Source of the DNA: Polyangiaceae bacterium
Lineage (GTDB): Bacteria > Myxococcota_A > Polyangia > Polyangiales > Polyangiaceae
Direction of reading: 5' to 3'
DNA: 64,000 nucleotides
Assembly: GCA_044376115.1 (NCBI GenBank)
Contig: JBILLK010000008.1
Span: 160,001-224,000 of the forward strand
Under the pieces are notes generated by a model, which was given only the letters and a program-made list of their open reading frames with translations, had not been told where the DNA came from and searched no databases. Below, in pieces: positions 49,578 to 58,495 of the stretch (its first letter is position 1; every line of letters begins with the position of its first letter). A program made the position numbers and the translations under genes.

Positions 49578-49649
49578 AAACGCAATGACTCGAGCCGCTG
49601 CAGTCCGCTGGTGCGGCGCTGCACCGGTTGATCTATCCAGCTCCGCAGT

Positions 49650-51188
49650 ATGTCGATGTTCTCCGACCGTTCTGCGGGACTCCTTCTCCACCCCACGTCA
49701 CTCCCGGGGCCGTTCGGCTCGGGAGATCTAGGCCGAAATGCGCGGGATCTCGTGGATTTCTTGGCAGCGGCTGGGATTCGCTTTTGGCAGGTGCTGCCGC
49801 TTGGCCCGGTAGGCGCGGGCGATTCGCCTTACTCCGGGACCAGCGTTTTTGCCGGAAACCCGTGGTTGGTCAGCCTGGATAGCCTAGTCGAGGCTGGGCT
49901 GTTGCCGTCCGACGCCGAGGAACTGCAACCCAAAGCTTCGACGCGCAATTGCGACTTCGGCGCGGCCAAAGAGCTGCGGGAACGCGCGCTGCGACGAGCG
50001 TATAGCCAGTTCGAGTCGCTGCCGCGCAGCGCCGACTTCGAGTCCTTCGTCGCCGGTAACGCCTATTGGCTCGATGACTTCGCCACCTATGCGGCGCTCA
50101 AACGCCAATTCAACGATGGGCCCTTCTTCGATTGGCCCGAGCCCTATCGGCGTCGGGACCGCCAGGCGCTCGAGAGCTTTCGACGCGACGCTGCGCGCGA
50201 AATCGCCTTCCACAAATTCGTGCAGTGGCGGTTCTTTCGCGACCTCAATGAGCTATCCGCGTACGCGAAATCGCGCGGCGTTCGGCTGATGGGGGACGCT
50301 CCGATCTACGTTGCTCACGACTCGTGCGACGTGTGGGCGCATCCGGAGCTGTTCCTGCTTGGGCCCTCCGGCGAGCCACGCAGCGTGGCCGGTGTGCCGC
50401 CCGACGCCTTCAGTGATGAAGGCCAGCTATGGGGTAATCCGCTCTACAACTGGGACGTGCTCGAAGGCACCGGGTTCGGCTTTTTCCTCGCTCGCCTCGC
50501 GCTAATGTTCAAAAGCCTGGATTGCGTACGGCTCGATCACTTCATTGGCTTTACGCGCTACTGGGCTATCCCGCGCGAGGCCAAGACGGCCAAAGACGGC
50601 GTCTTCCACGACGTCCCAGGCGAGGCGTTCTTCGCCACCGTCTTCCGCGAGCTCGGCGAAGTGCCGCTCATCGCCGAAGACCTCGGCGTGCTCACGCCGC
50701 GCGTGAAGGCCATGCGGGATCACTTCAACTTGCCGGGCATGAACATCCTGCAGTTCTCCTTCAGCCCAGACCGCGGCGCAGAAGCTTCACGCCCCCATCG
50801 CTATCGCCGCCACAGCGTGGTCTACACCGGGACCCACGACAACGACACCTCGGTGGGCTTCTTTCAAGGCCCGCCGGACAACGCCTCGGCCAGCGCTGTC
50901 GCCAGCTATCAAGGCGAGCGCGCGTTTGCGCTCGAATACCTCGGCCTACCGAAGACCGCCGACGCCCGCGAAGCTGCGCGTGCGCTGGTGCGCGCCTGCT
51001 TCGCCAGCCCGGTCAATACGGCGATCGTTCCGGCGCAAGATCTGCTCGAGCTCGGCCGCGAAACGCGCATGAACCGGCCCGGCATCGCCGCAGGCAATTG
51101 GGGCTTCCGCGTACAACCGGGAGAGCTGACGCCCGAACTCGCAGCGCAGGTTCGCCGATCGCTCGAGCTTTACGGGCGGCTGGGCTGA
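49650..51188 (+). CDS. malQ: 4-alpha-glucanotransferase (amylomaltase, GH77)
   Basis: LLHPTSLPG; GVPPDAFS..GQLWGNP; RLDHF; IAEDLG; YTGTHDNDT; MNRPG. Confidence 0.96.
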   Translation: MSMFSDRSAGLLLHPTSLPGPFGSGDLGRNARDLVDFLAAAGIRFWQVLPLGPVGAGDSPYSGTSVFAGNPWLVSLDSLVEAGLLPSDAEELQPKASTRNCDFGAAKELRERALRRAYSQFESLPRSADFESFVAGNAYWLDDFATYAALKRQFNDGPFFDWPEPYRRRDRQALESFRRDAAREIAFHKFVQWRFFRDLNELSAYAKSRGVRLMGDAPIYVAHDSCDVWAHPELFLLGPSGEPRSVAGVPPDAFSDEGQLWGNPLYNWDVLEGTGFGFFLARLALMFKSLDCVRLDHFIGFTRYWAIPREAKTAKDGVFHDVPGEAFFATVFRELGEVPLIAEDLGVLTPRVKAMRDHFNLPGMNILQFSFSPDRGAEASRPHRYRRHSVVYTGTHDNDTSVGFFQGPPDNASASAVASYQGERAFALEYLGLPKTADAREAARALVRACFASPVNTAIVPAQDLLELGRETRMNRPGIAAGNWGFRVQPGELTPELAAQVRRSLELYGRLG

Positions 51189-51216
51189 CCGCTGGAGCTG
51201 GCGCACGCGGCCCGGC

Positions 51217-53178
51217 TTACGGGCTTGCCTGTTTGCCCGACTCGGCGAGCGCGAGGTTGGCGAGCTTGCGCAGTCGCACGTAAGGAACCGCGCCAGAGAC
51301 GCGATAGCCATTCACTAAGCTCATCGGCGTGCCGGTGAGCCCGAGGCCCTCGGCGAGGGCGATCTCCTCGTCGAGCTGCGCTCCGTACGACTCATTCTCG
51401 AAGGCGGCTGCGAGCTTCGACGCGTCGAGGCCGGAGTCAGTGAAGGCCTGCGCAATCACGTCATCGGTCAGCGCGCCCTCCAAGCTGAAGAGCTTGTCGG
51501 AGAACTTCCAAAAGCCGCTTTGGCCCTTCTGTTTGAGCGCCTCGAGCCCTGCGAGTGAGGCGCGTCGCGCGCGAGCCCCACGCAGCGGATGGGGGTGGAA
51601 CACGACCTGCAGCTTGCCTTTGAACTCCTGCTCCAAGCGCGTCAGCGTCTTGGCGTGCACGCGGCAGTAGTGGCACTCGAAGTCGGCGAAGATGTGCACC
51701 ACCAAGGGCGCATCCGTCGGCCCGCGAGCAGCTGCCGCTTTGCCGATGCTGGGCGCTTTCACGCGAGGGGGTAACGGCGCGACAAAGCCCTCGCGGATGA
51801 TGTTGGCGTAAAGATCCGAAGCTGCGACGCCGGTGGCTCGCAGCTGCTCAGCGTGCTTGAGCTCTTCATCGATCGCCGCGCGAAACGCCGCTTCGGGAAC
51901 GGCGCCGACGAGCGCACGACCGTTGATGAAGAAGGTCGGCGTCGAGCGAGCTCCCACCTCATCGGCGGCCAGCAGATCCGCTTCCACCGTGGCCAGCTCG
52001 CGACGCTCCGCAACAGCAGCGACGGCCTCGTTCGGATCCAGCCCGAGTTTGCGCGCAATGTCGAAGAAGGTCTGCTCGCTGAGCTCCCGCGCGAAGAGCT
52101 CATCATGCGCTAGAAAGAAAGCCTTTTCACCGAGCTTTCGCTGCACGAAGGCAGCGAACAAACTCGCCTTCAAACCGTCATCATGGGAGGGCAGCGGGTT
52201 GTGCTTGAAGACGAAGCGTAGCTTGCCCGGGTAAGCCTGCTGCAACGACCTCAGCGTCGTTTGGGCGTCGCGACAATGTGGGCATTGAAAATCGGAGAAG
52301 GCCACGATCGTGACCGGTGCATCGCTGGGCCCGAGCGTGGGCGAACCATCGATCGCCACTTTGAACACCGACTCGGTGGCTCGCGGCAGCTCTTCCTCCG
52401 CCGCAACCTCCGCATCGCCGTCCGAAGGCGCGGCCGGGCTCCCCCACAACAGCGCATCGTTCTCGGCGGCGACGCGCATACGCGCGACGTTGGCGTCGGG
52501 CATCGACATACCGGTGGCTAAGAGCGGCGCTACGGCTGCGCGCTCCTCGGCGATGGCCGCGCGGATCGTCTCGAGATCCTTCGCCCCGACCATGCGACGC
52601 CCATTGATGAACAGCGTGGGCAAAGCGTTGATACCCAACGCCGAACCCATCTCCACGCTCGATCGCACGCGGTCCACCCCGAACTCCTGCGAGGCCTCCG
52701 CGATCGCACGCGTATCGGCGTCGATCAACGTGCGCGCCTTTTGTAGACCGAGCGCGACGCGGGCGTGCATCGACTGGCCAATCAGTTCATCGGCATAAAC
52801 GCTGTCGTGGAAGGTCCAGAACGCCGCATCACCGCCGAGCTCACGCACGCCATGAGCGAGCACCGCCGCCGAGACCGCGTCTTCATCGTTCATCGGCAAG
52901 TGCTTCCAAACCACGCGAAAGCCACCGTCTTTGTTCTCCTCGAGCAGCTTCTGTAGAAAGCCGTTCGCCCGCCGACAGTGCATACAGGCGTAATCACCAA
53001 ACACGATCACCGTGACCGGCGCCATGGCTGGCCCGCGGGTCGGATCCTCCGCGGAGACGGTGAGCGCTAGCTGCTTCTCCGGGGCCGCTTCTTCAGCGTC
53101 GGGAGCGCGAGAGCCTGCGGGAGCTGGCTGACAACCGAGGCCGAGGACGATCGAGGCAAGGAGGAATCGAAGCTTCAC
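51217..53178 (-). CDS. Lipoprotein with three DsbA/thioredoxin domains
   Basis: Lipobox GLGC; CMHC, CPHC and CHYC, each followed by a cis-Pro loop (ALPT, STPT, GTPM). Confidence 0.9.
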   Translation of the reverse strand: MKLRFLLASIVLGLGCQPAPAGSRAPDAEEAAPEKQLALTVSAEDPTRGPAMAPVTVIVFGDYACMHCRRANGFLQKLLEENKDGGFRVVWKHLPMNDEDAVSAAVLAHGVRELGGDAAFWTFHDSVYADELIGQSMHARVALGLQKARTLIDADTRAIAEASQEFGVDRVRSSVEMGSALGINALPTLFINGRRMVGAKDLETIRAAIAEERAAVAPLLATGMSMPDANVARMRVAAENDALLWGSPAAPSDGDAEVAAEEELPRATESVFKVAIDGSPTLGPSDAPVTIVAFSDFQCPHCRDAQTTLRSLQQAYPGKLRFVFKHNPLPSHDDGLKASLFAAFVQRKLGEKAFFLAHDELFARELSEQTFFDIARKLGLDPNEAVAAVAERRELATVEADLLAADEVGARSTPTFFINGRALVGAVPEAAFRAAIDEELKHAEQLRATGVAASDLYANIIREGFVAPLPPRVKAPSIGKAAAARGPTDAPLVVHIFADFECHYCRVHAKTLTRLEQEFKGKLQVVFHPHPLRGARARRASLAGLEALKQKGQSGFWKFSDKLFSLEGALTDDVIAQAFTDSGLDASKLAAAFENESYGAQLDEEIALAEGLGLTGTPMSLVNGYRVSGAVPYVRLRKLANLALAESGKQASP

Positions 53179-54275
53179 GAGGAGAGGGCCTTTCGTTGGC
53201 CGGGTTTGGGTGCGCGTGGACCACCGCCCTTGCGCGTCACCGTCAACAAGGAGGTACGCGTGTTGGGAGCTAGTTCCAAGGTATCGAGGTCGCCGGCTAC
53301 GAGCTTCACGGCCCCGGCATAGGCGATCATCGCGGCGTTGTCGGTGCAGCTCGCCAGCGGGGGAATGAAGACCGAAATACCGAACGCCTTCGCTCGCTCG
53401 CGAAAGCGCGCCGCGAGGGCCGAGTTGGCCGCGACGCCACCGCCTACGACTACGGTGGAGAGGCCTTCTGCGCTCGCCGCGCTCAGCGTCTTCTCGACCA
53501 AGATCTTCACCACATGCCCTTGGAACGCCGCAGCGATGTCACAGCGCGCTTGCTCGGTCTCACAGCCATTGAGCTCAACGAACCGAGCCACTGCGCTCTT
53601 TAGCCCGCTGAAGGACATCTCGTAACGATTGGGCCCACGCAGCCCCGGTTGGAAGGTGAACCCAGCGCGCGCCGGATCACCGAGCCGGGCCAATCGATCC
53701 ACCACAGGTCCCCCCGGATAACCCAGCCCCAAGAGCTTAGCGACCTTGTCGAAGGCCTCCCCAGCAGCGTCATCGCGCGTGGCTCCGAGCTCACGAACCG
53801 CGTTGAGACTCGGACCGTCAACGCGATAAATCGCCGTGTGTCCGCCGGAGACGAGCAGCGCGGCGAAGGGAAAGCTCGGCCGCTCCACGCTCGCCCCGGG
53901 CCGCTGCAAAAAGACCGCCAAGAGATGCCCCACCAAATGGTCGACGCCGATCAGCGACTTGTCGAGCGACCACGCCAGCCCTTTGGCCGTCATCAACCCA
54001 ACCAGCAGCGCACCCATCAGCCCCGGCCGATTGGTCGCGGCGATCGCGTCAACGTCCTGCAATTTGATCCCAGCCACGCGCACCGCCTCACGCACCACCT
54101 CCGGCAGGTGACGCGCGTGATCACGAGCTGCGATCTCCGGCACCACACCGCCGTACGGAATGAACGATTCGACCTGGCTCTTCACCACATCCGAAAGCAC
54201 CCTGCCGTCCTCGTCGACGACGGCAGCAGCGGTCTCGTCGCACGAGGTCTCAATACCAAGAACCAGCCGTTTCAT
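53175..54275 (-). CDS. tsaD: tRNA N6-adenosine threonylcarbamoyltransferase
   Basis: GIETSCDET; HLVGH; LVSGGHT; DDAAGEAFDK; GGGVAAN; TDNAAMI. Confidence 0.97.
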   Translation of the reverse strand: MKRLVLGIETSCDETAAAVVDEDGRVLSDVVKSQVESFIPYGGVVPEIAARDHARHLPEVVREAVRVAGIKLQDVDAIAATNRPGLMGALLVGLMTAKGLAWSLDKSLIGVDHLVGHLLAVFLQRPGASVERPSFPFAALLVSGGHTAIYRVDGPSLNAVRELGATRDDAAGEAFDKVAKLLGLGYPGGPVVDRLARLGDPARAGFTFQPGLRGPNRYEMSFSGLKSAVARFVELNGCETEQARCDIAAAFQGHVVKILVEKTLSAASAEGLSTVVVGGGVAANSALAARFRERAKAFGISVFIPPLASCTDNAAMIAYAGAVKLVAGDLDTLELAPNTRTSLLTVTRKGGGPRAPKPGQRKALSS

Positions 54276-57200
54276 TGGGCCATCAGCGTCTGAGCAGCCT
54301 TGCGCACCTGCTCCTCGGGATCTTCGGTTGCGCGCGAGCGAATGAACGCGGCAGCGTCTTTGCCCGCCACGCTGTGAAGGGCTTGCAGCGCTGTTTCGCG
54401 GACCAGCGCGTAGCTGTCCCCGGTCGCGATCTTCTCCAGCGCAGCCACCGTTTGCGCAGTCAACGCGTCCCCGCGCACAGCCGCGAGCGCGGCGGCCGCA
54501 CGCGAACGAATCGACCAACTGCCCGCCGAACGAGCGAGCTCGATCACCGCTTCACACAGCTCCTGGTTGGTGATCTCGCCAATGGCAGATAGAGCGGTTC
54601 GCTTCTGTTCATCGTCCCCGTCGACCAAAGCACGCGCCAAACCGCGCGCGGCCTCCGGGCTCGTGGACGAAGAGAGCACGCGAGCGGACTGAGCCTGGAC
54701 CTGGGCATTGGGGTGATTGAGCAGTAAGACGAAGCCCGGAATGACCTCCGCGCGAATCGAATCGGTGGCGGTCTTGGCCCGCTCGCGCGAGCCCTCTGCG
54801 AGCTCCACCGCCTTGCTGAAGTTCTTGAACACCTCACCACTCGTGAGTGCATCGGCCACAGCACCGGCTCGCTCGGGCGAGAGAGCCACCGCCGACTTTG
54901 CCACCTCACGCAGCGTCGGAGCCAGCGCGACCAACACCTGAACGCGCAGCTCGGGACGCGGATCCGCAGGCAAAAACCCGGCGAAAGCCGCCTTCAGCTC
55001 GAGCTTGCCGTCTGGCGTCACGAGCGGCTCCCCGGCCAACCCAAGGTTCTTGTCCAACATCGTGGCCGCCGCGCGAATGGCCTGCTCGGCCAGCATCGCG
55101 TCCGAATCGAACATCGCCTCGGCCAGCGCGCGGGTGACGGTCTGCTCGAAGTCCTTGCCCTCGGCTCCGTCAGCGCGTGCAAGCCGAGCCGCGGTGACCA
55201 GCGCCGCTCTTCGCAGCTGCGTATCTCCGCTGCTGAGCGCTGCGCCAACAGCCTCACGCAGCTCCTTGCTCACCGGCGCGCCGCTCGTCTCCACCAAATG
55301 ACCCAGCGCGAGGAAGCCCGCAGCACGCGCCGAAGGCCCGCTCTCGATCTCACGCGAGAGCTTGAGCAACCGTGCGACGTGCTTCTTGTTCTTCGACAGA
55401 CCCAAGCCGAGCGCGGCCATCCCGCGCACCTCCGGCGAGCCGGAGTCGAGCAACTTGACCAGCAGCTCCTCAGCCTTGGTTCCGCCCATGCGTGCGACCG
55501 ACCAAGCCGCAGCCAGCGCCAGCTCATCCGAAGGAAGCAGCGAACTCCCGGCGTCACTCGGCGCCAGCAACGCGCTCAACTTGGGCAAGAGCTCCGGCTC
55601 GCGCAACGCTCCAACCGCGACCATCGCGCGCGTGCGCAGCGACTTCTCCGATTGACCGGTAGCGAAGTTGAACAGCGTCGCAGCGGCGCTCTTGTTCTGG
55701 ACGTACGCCAAGATCTCGATCGCGATCCGCTGTTGCGCTTCGCGGTCGTCTGCGAGCGCATCGAGCAGCGGCTTCAACGCGCGGCTACCAACCAACGCCA
55801 GCTCTTTGCGGGCGCCGGCGATCTCCTCGGGCGACTTACCGAACTTGACCTTCTGCACCATCGGCAAGGTCAATGCGCCGTAAATCTCGATCAAGAGCCG
55901 GCGATAAATGGGCCGCTGCGGATTACCAACCGCCACCGGCAAGAGCTCGCGTTCGAGCGACTCCAGCGTGCCTTTGCCGAGGTTGATCTGAATCGACATG
56001 CGCGCCGCGCGCGAGAGCAGCTCTTCATCCGGGCTCGAGCGCGCGACCCGGCGAAACAGCTTGTCCGCCTCGGCGCTATCACCCGACGCCAATAGCAATT
56101 CAGCCAAGGTGAAGTAGACCGGGAACAGCCGATCATTGCGCGCGATCGCCGCGCGATACTCTGCCATCGCCTTCTCGGTGTCTTGGCGCTTCTTGTACAT
56201 ATCGCCGAGCTTCTGATGCCCGTGCGCGTCCTCCGGGGCGAGCTCCACAGCCTTGGCCGCATAACGAATCGCGTCGTCATCACGGAAGCTGTCTACGGCG
56301 TATTGCGCCATCCGCTGGTAGTACTGGCGCGCCGACTTGTCATTGCGGTCGGCGAGCTTCTGCAACACCGCGATAGCGCCTTCGAGATCGTGCTGTTGCA
56401 CGCGCACCCGCTCCAGCGCCAACAAGGACGACTCATCGCCCGGGTCCTTCTCCGCCACCACCGACAGCGTCGCCTCAGCCTCGGTCAGCTTGCCGAGCTT
56501 GCGCTGCACCTCGGCGAGCAAGCGCCCCGCCTCGAGATCCGGAGGGTCGGAGCCGAAGCGCGCCGCGAGTGGGGCCAGTCGAGCCGGGAGTTCCTTCTGC
56601 ACCGACCACACACTGACGATGTGCGTGCGCGCTTCACGCGCCAGATTCAGATCCGTCCCGGCGGCGAGCAGCAGCTCCTCCCAAAGCGTAACCGCCTCCG
56701 CGAAGCGCTCGCGCGGCGCGGCACTGCCGGGCGCCGTACGCTCCAGCGCGATCGCCAACGCCTTCTTCAGGTGAATGCTCTTCGGATCGGCGCTGACCGC
56801 ATCGCGATAGGCGGCGATGGCCTCATCGGCCATATCGTGATCGAGGTAGACTTTGCCCAGGGCCGAGCTCGCCTGCGCCCGATTGGGCACCACCGACTTG
56901 ATCCTTAACCAGGTATCCGCGGCCTTCTTCTTATCGCCCTGTTGGTAATAACGGTCGCCGAGATCGACCAAGAAGGTCGGGTCGGACGATTGCGAGTTAG
57001 CGACGCGCTGCAATAGCGCGAGCGCCTTGTCCTTCTCCTCGACGCGCTCATAGAAATTCGCCACCGCCGCCAGAATGTCCGGCTCTTGGGTGCGCGACTC
57101 GAGCTCCTTCAGCACCTTGAGCGCCTTCGGCCGATCACCTCGCTGAATCAGCGTCTCGCACAGCTCAAAGACGAAGTTGGGGTTGCCCGGCGCGGCGCGC

Positions 57201-58426
57201 ACCAGCGCCTCCGACTCGACGATCGCCTCTTCGAGCTTGCCCGCCGTCTGCAACAGATGAACCACGCGCACGCGTGTATCGATATGCGAACCGTCCGCCG
57301 ATAGCGCCGCGCGGAAGGTCTCTAACGCTTTATCGACATTGCCCGTCTCTTCATACAGGCCGGCGAGCGTGGACAGCCGCTGGAAGTCACGGCCCTTCTC
57401 CTTCTCGAGGATCTCCACCAGCTCGGCGAGCTTGCCGTCCGCGCGAAACGCCTCGGTCATCACCGAGAGGATCTCCGCGCGAATACCGGACGCGCTGCCC
57501 GCGGCCGAGAGCGCCTTCTTCAACGTCTCCAGCGCCTCGCTCGTCTTCTTCTGCTTCGCTAACGCATTACCGAGATCCTTCAGCGCCGGCGCGACTGCGC
57601 GATTGTCACCCTGCGCGACCTTCACCACCGTGCGGAACTCGGTCTCGGCCTCTTCATAAAGGCCGCGCGACATCATCTCGCGGCCGAGCTCGGCTTGGAT
57701 GAAGAGCGAGTTCTGACCGCCCTTGACCAACGCTGCATGGTGTTTGCGCGCAGCCTCGAGATCCTTGAGGTCGAGCGAGAGCTGCATCAAGAGCCGCGTC
57801 GTCTGCTCGACCTCGGCGCTCTCTTTGAGCAGCGGCAAGGCCGCCTGATACCGCGTGCGCGCCTCCTCCTTGTTGCCGCGGTCTTGTTCGAGCTGGGCCA
57901 ACGCGAGCAGCGGCGCGCTCTCTTTGGGCTTGGCCGCAACAGCGGCCTCGTACTTGGCAACGGCCTCCGGCATCTGCCCGTCGATCTTGAGGATGCCGGC
58001 CAAAGCCACCGTCGCCGCCCAGGCCTCGTCTCCGGTGCCGGCCGCGCGCTTCTCAAAATCCTCGATCAGCTTCTTGAGGTTGCCGTCGCGATCGCGATGC
58101 AGCTGAGCCAGGCGCTGCAACGGAAAGGGCGCTGGCTGTGCGAGCACGATGGCGGTGTAGCGCGCAATCAGGGCCTCCGGCTTCTTGCTGCCGTCTTCCC
58201 CGTCCCCCGGTTTGGCCGTGGGGTTGCCGTTGGTCGGATTGCCGTTGTTGGGACCAGCGCCGGGCTTGGCAGGCTTACCGCCTGCGCCTGGCTTGTTTCC
58301 GCCCGGCTTCTTCGGCTTTCTGCGGCCGCTGACGTCGAAATCCCCCGCCTGGGCCGGGTTTGCATCCAGCAGACAAACCGGCGCTAGCAGGGCCCAAGCC
58401 AGGGCAAAGACAGGAAGGCGACGCAC
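54272..58426 (-). CDS. Large exported TPR + HEAT repeat protein
   Basis: Signal peptide (AQA); many TPRs followed by HEAT repeats; ATGA overlap with tsaD. Confidence 0.88.
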   Translation of the reverse strand: MRRLPVFALAWALLAPVCLLDANPAQAGDFDVSGRRKPKKPGGNKPGAGGKPAKPGAGPNNGNPTNGNPTAKPGDGEDGSKKPEALIARYTAIVLAQPAPFPLQRLAQLHRDRDGNLKKLIEDFEKRAAGTGDEAWAATVALAGILKIDGQMPEAVAKYEAAVAAKPKESAPLLALAQLEQDRGNKEEARTRYQAALPLLKESAEVEQTTRLLMQLSLDLKDLEAARKHHAALVKGGQNSLFIQAELGREMMSRGLYEEAETEFRTVVKVAQGDNRAVAPALKDLGNALAKQKKTSEALETLKKALSAAGSASGIRAEILSVMTEAFRADGKLAELVEILEKEKGRDFQRLSTLAGLYEETGNVDKALETFRAALSADGSHIDTRVRVVHLLQTAGKLEEAIVESEALVRAAPGNPNFVFELCETLIQRGDRPKALKVLKELESRTQEPDILAAVANFYERVEEKDKALALLQRVANSQSSDPTFLVDLGDRYYQQGDKKKAADTWLRIKSVVPNRAQASSALGKVYLDHDMADEAIAAYRDAVSADPKSIHLKKALAIALERTAPGSAAPRERFAEAVTLWEELLLAAGTDLNLAREARTHIVSVWSVQKELPARLAPLAARFGSDPPDLEAGRLLAEVQRKLGKLTEAEATLSVVAEKDPGDESSLLALERVRVQQHDLEGAIAVLQKLADRNDKSARQYYQRMAQYAVDSFRDDDAIRYAAKAVELAPEDAHGHQKLGDMYKKRQDTEKAMAEYRAAIARNDRLFPVYFTLAELLLASGDSAEADKLFRRVARSSPDEELLSRAARMSIQINLGKGTLESLERELLPVAVGNPQRPIYRRLLIEIYGALTLPMVQKVKFGKSPEEIAGARKELALVGSRALKPLLDALADDREAQQRIAIEILAYVQNKSAAATLFNFATGQSEKSLRTRAMVAVGALREPELLPKLSALLAPSDAGSSLLPSDELALAAAWSVARMGGTKAEELLVKLLDSGSPEVRGMAALGLGLSKNKKHVARLLKLSREIESGPSARAAGFLALGHLVETSGAPVSKELREAVGAALSSGDTQLRRAALVTAARLARADGAEGKDFEQTVTRALAEAMFDSDAMLAEQAIRAAATMLDKNLGLAGEPLVTPDGKLELKAAFAGFLPADPRPELRVQVLVALAPTLREVAKSAVALSPERAGAVADALTSGEVFKNFSKAVELAEGSRERAKTATDSIRAEVIPGFVLLLNHPNAQVQAQSARVLSSSTSPEAARGLARALVDGDDEQKRTALSAIGEITNQELCEAVIELARSAGSWSIRSRAAAALAAVRGDALTAQTVAALEKIATGDSYALVRETALQALHSVAGKDAAAFIRSRATEDPEEQVRKAAQTLMAQ

Positions 58427-58495
58427 AGCCCGAAGCCTACTCGCAGAGTGCCGCCTGAGCCAGCCGGGACCTCAAACAGACGAGCCTCGCGCGCT

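Noticed and set aside
54276..54518. Long N-terminal extension of TsaD in the ORF track (likewise SixA to 48456 and the bEBP to 6086)
   Set aside because: Conserved domains start at downstream ATGs supported by SD sequences or gene overlaps.
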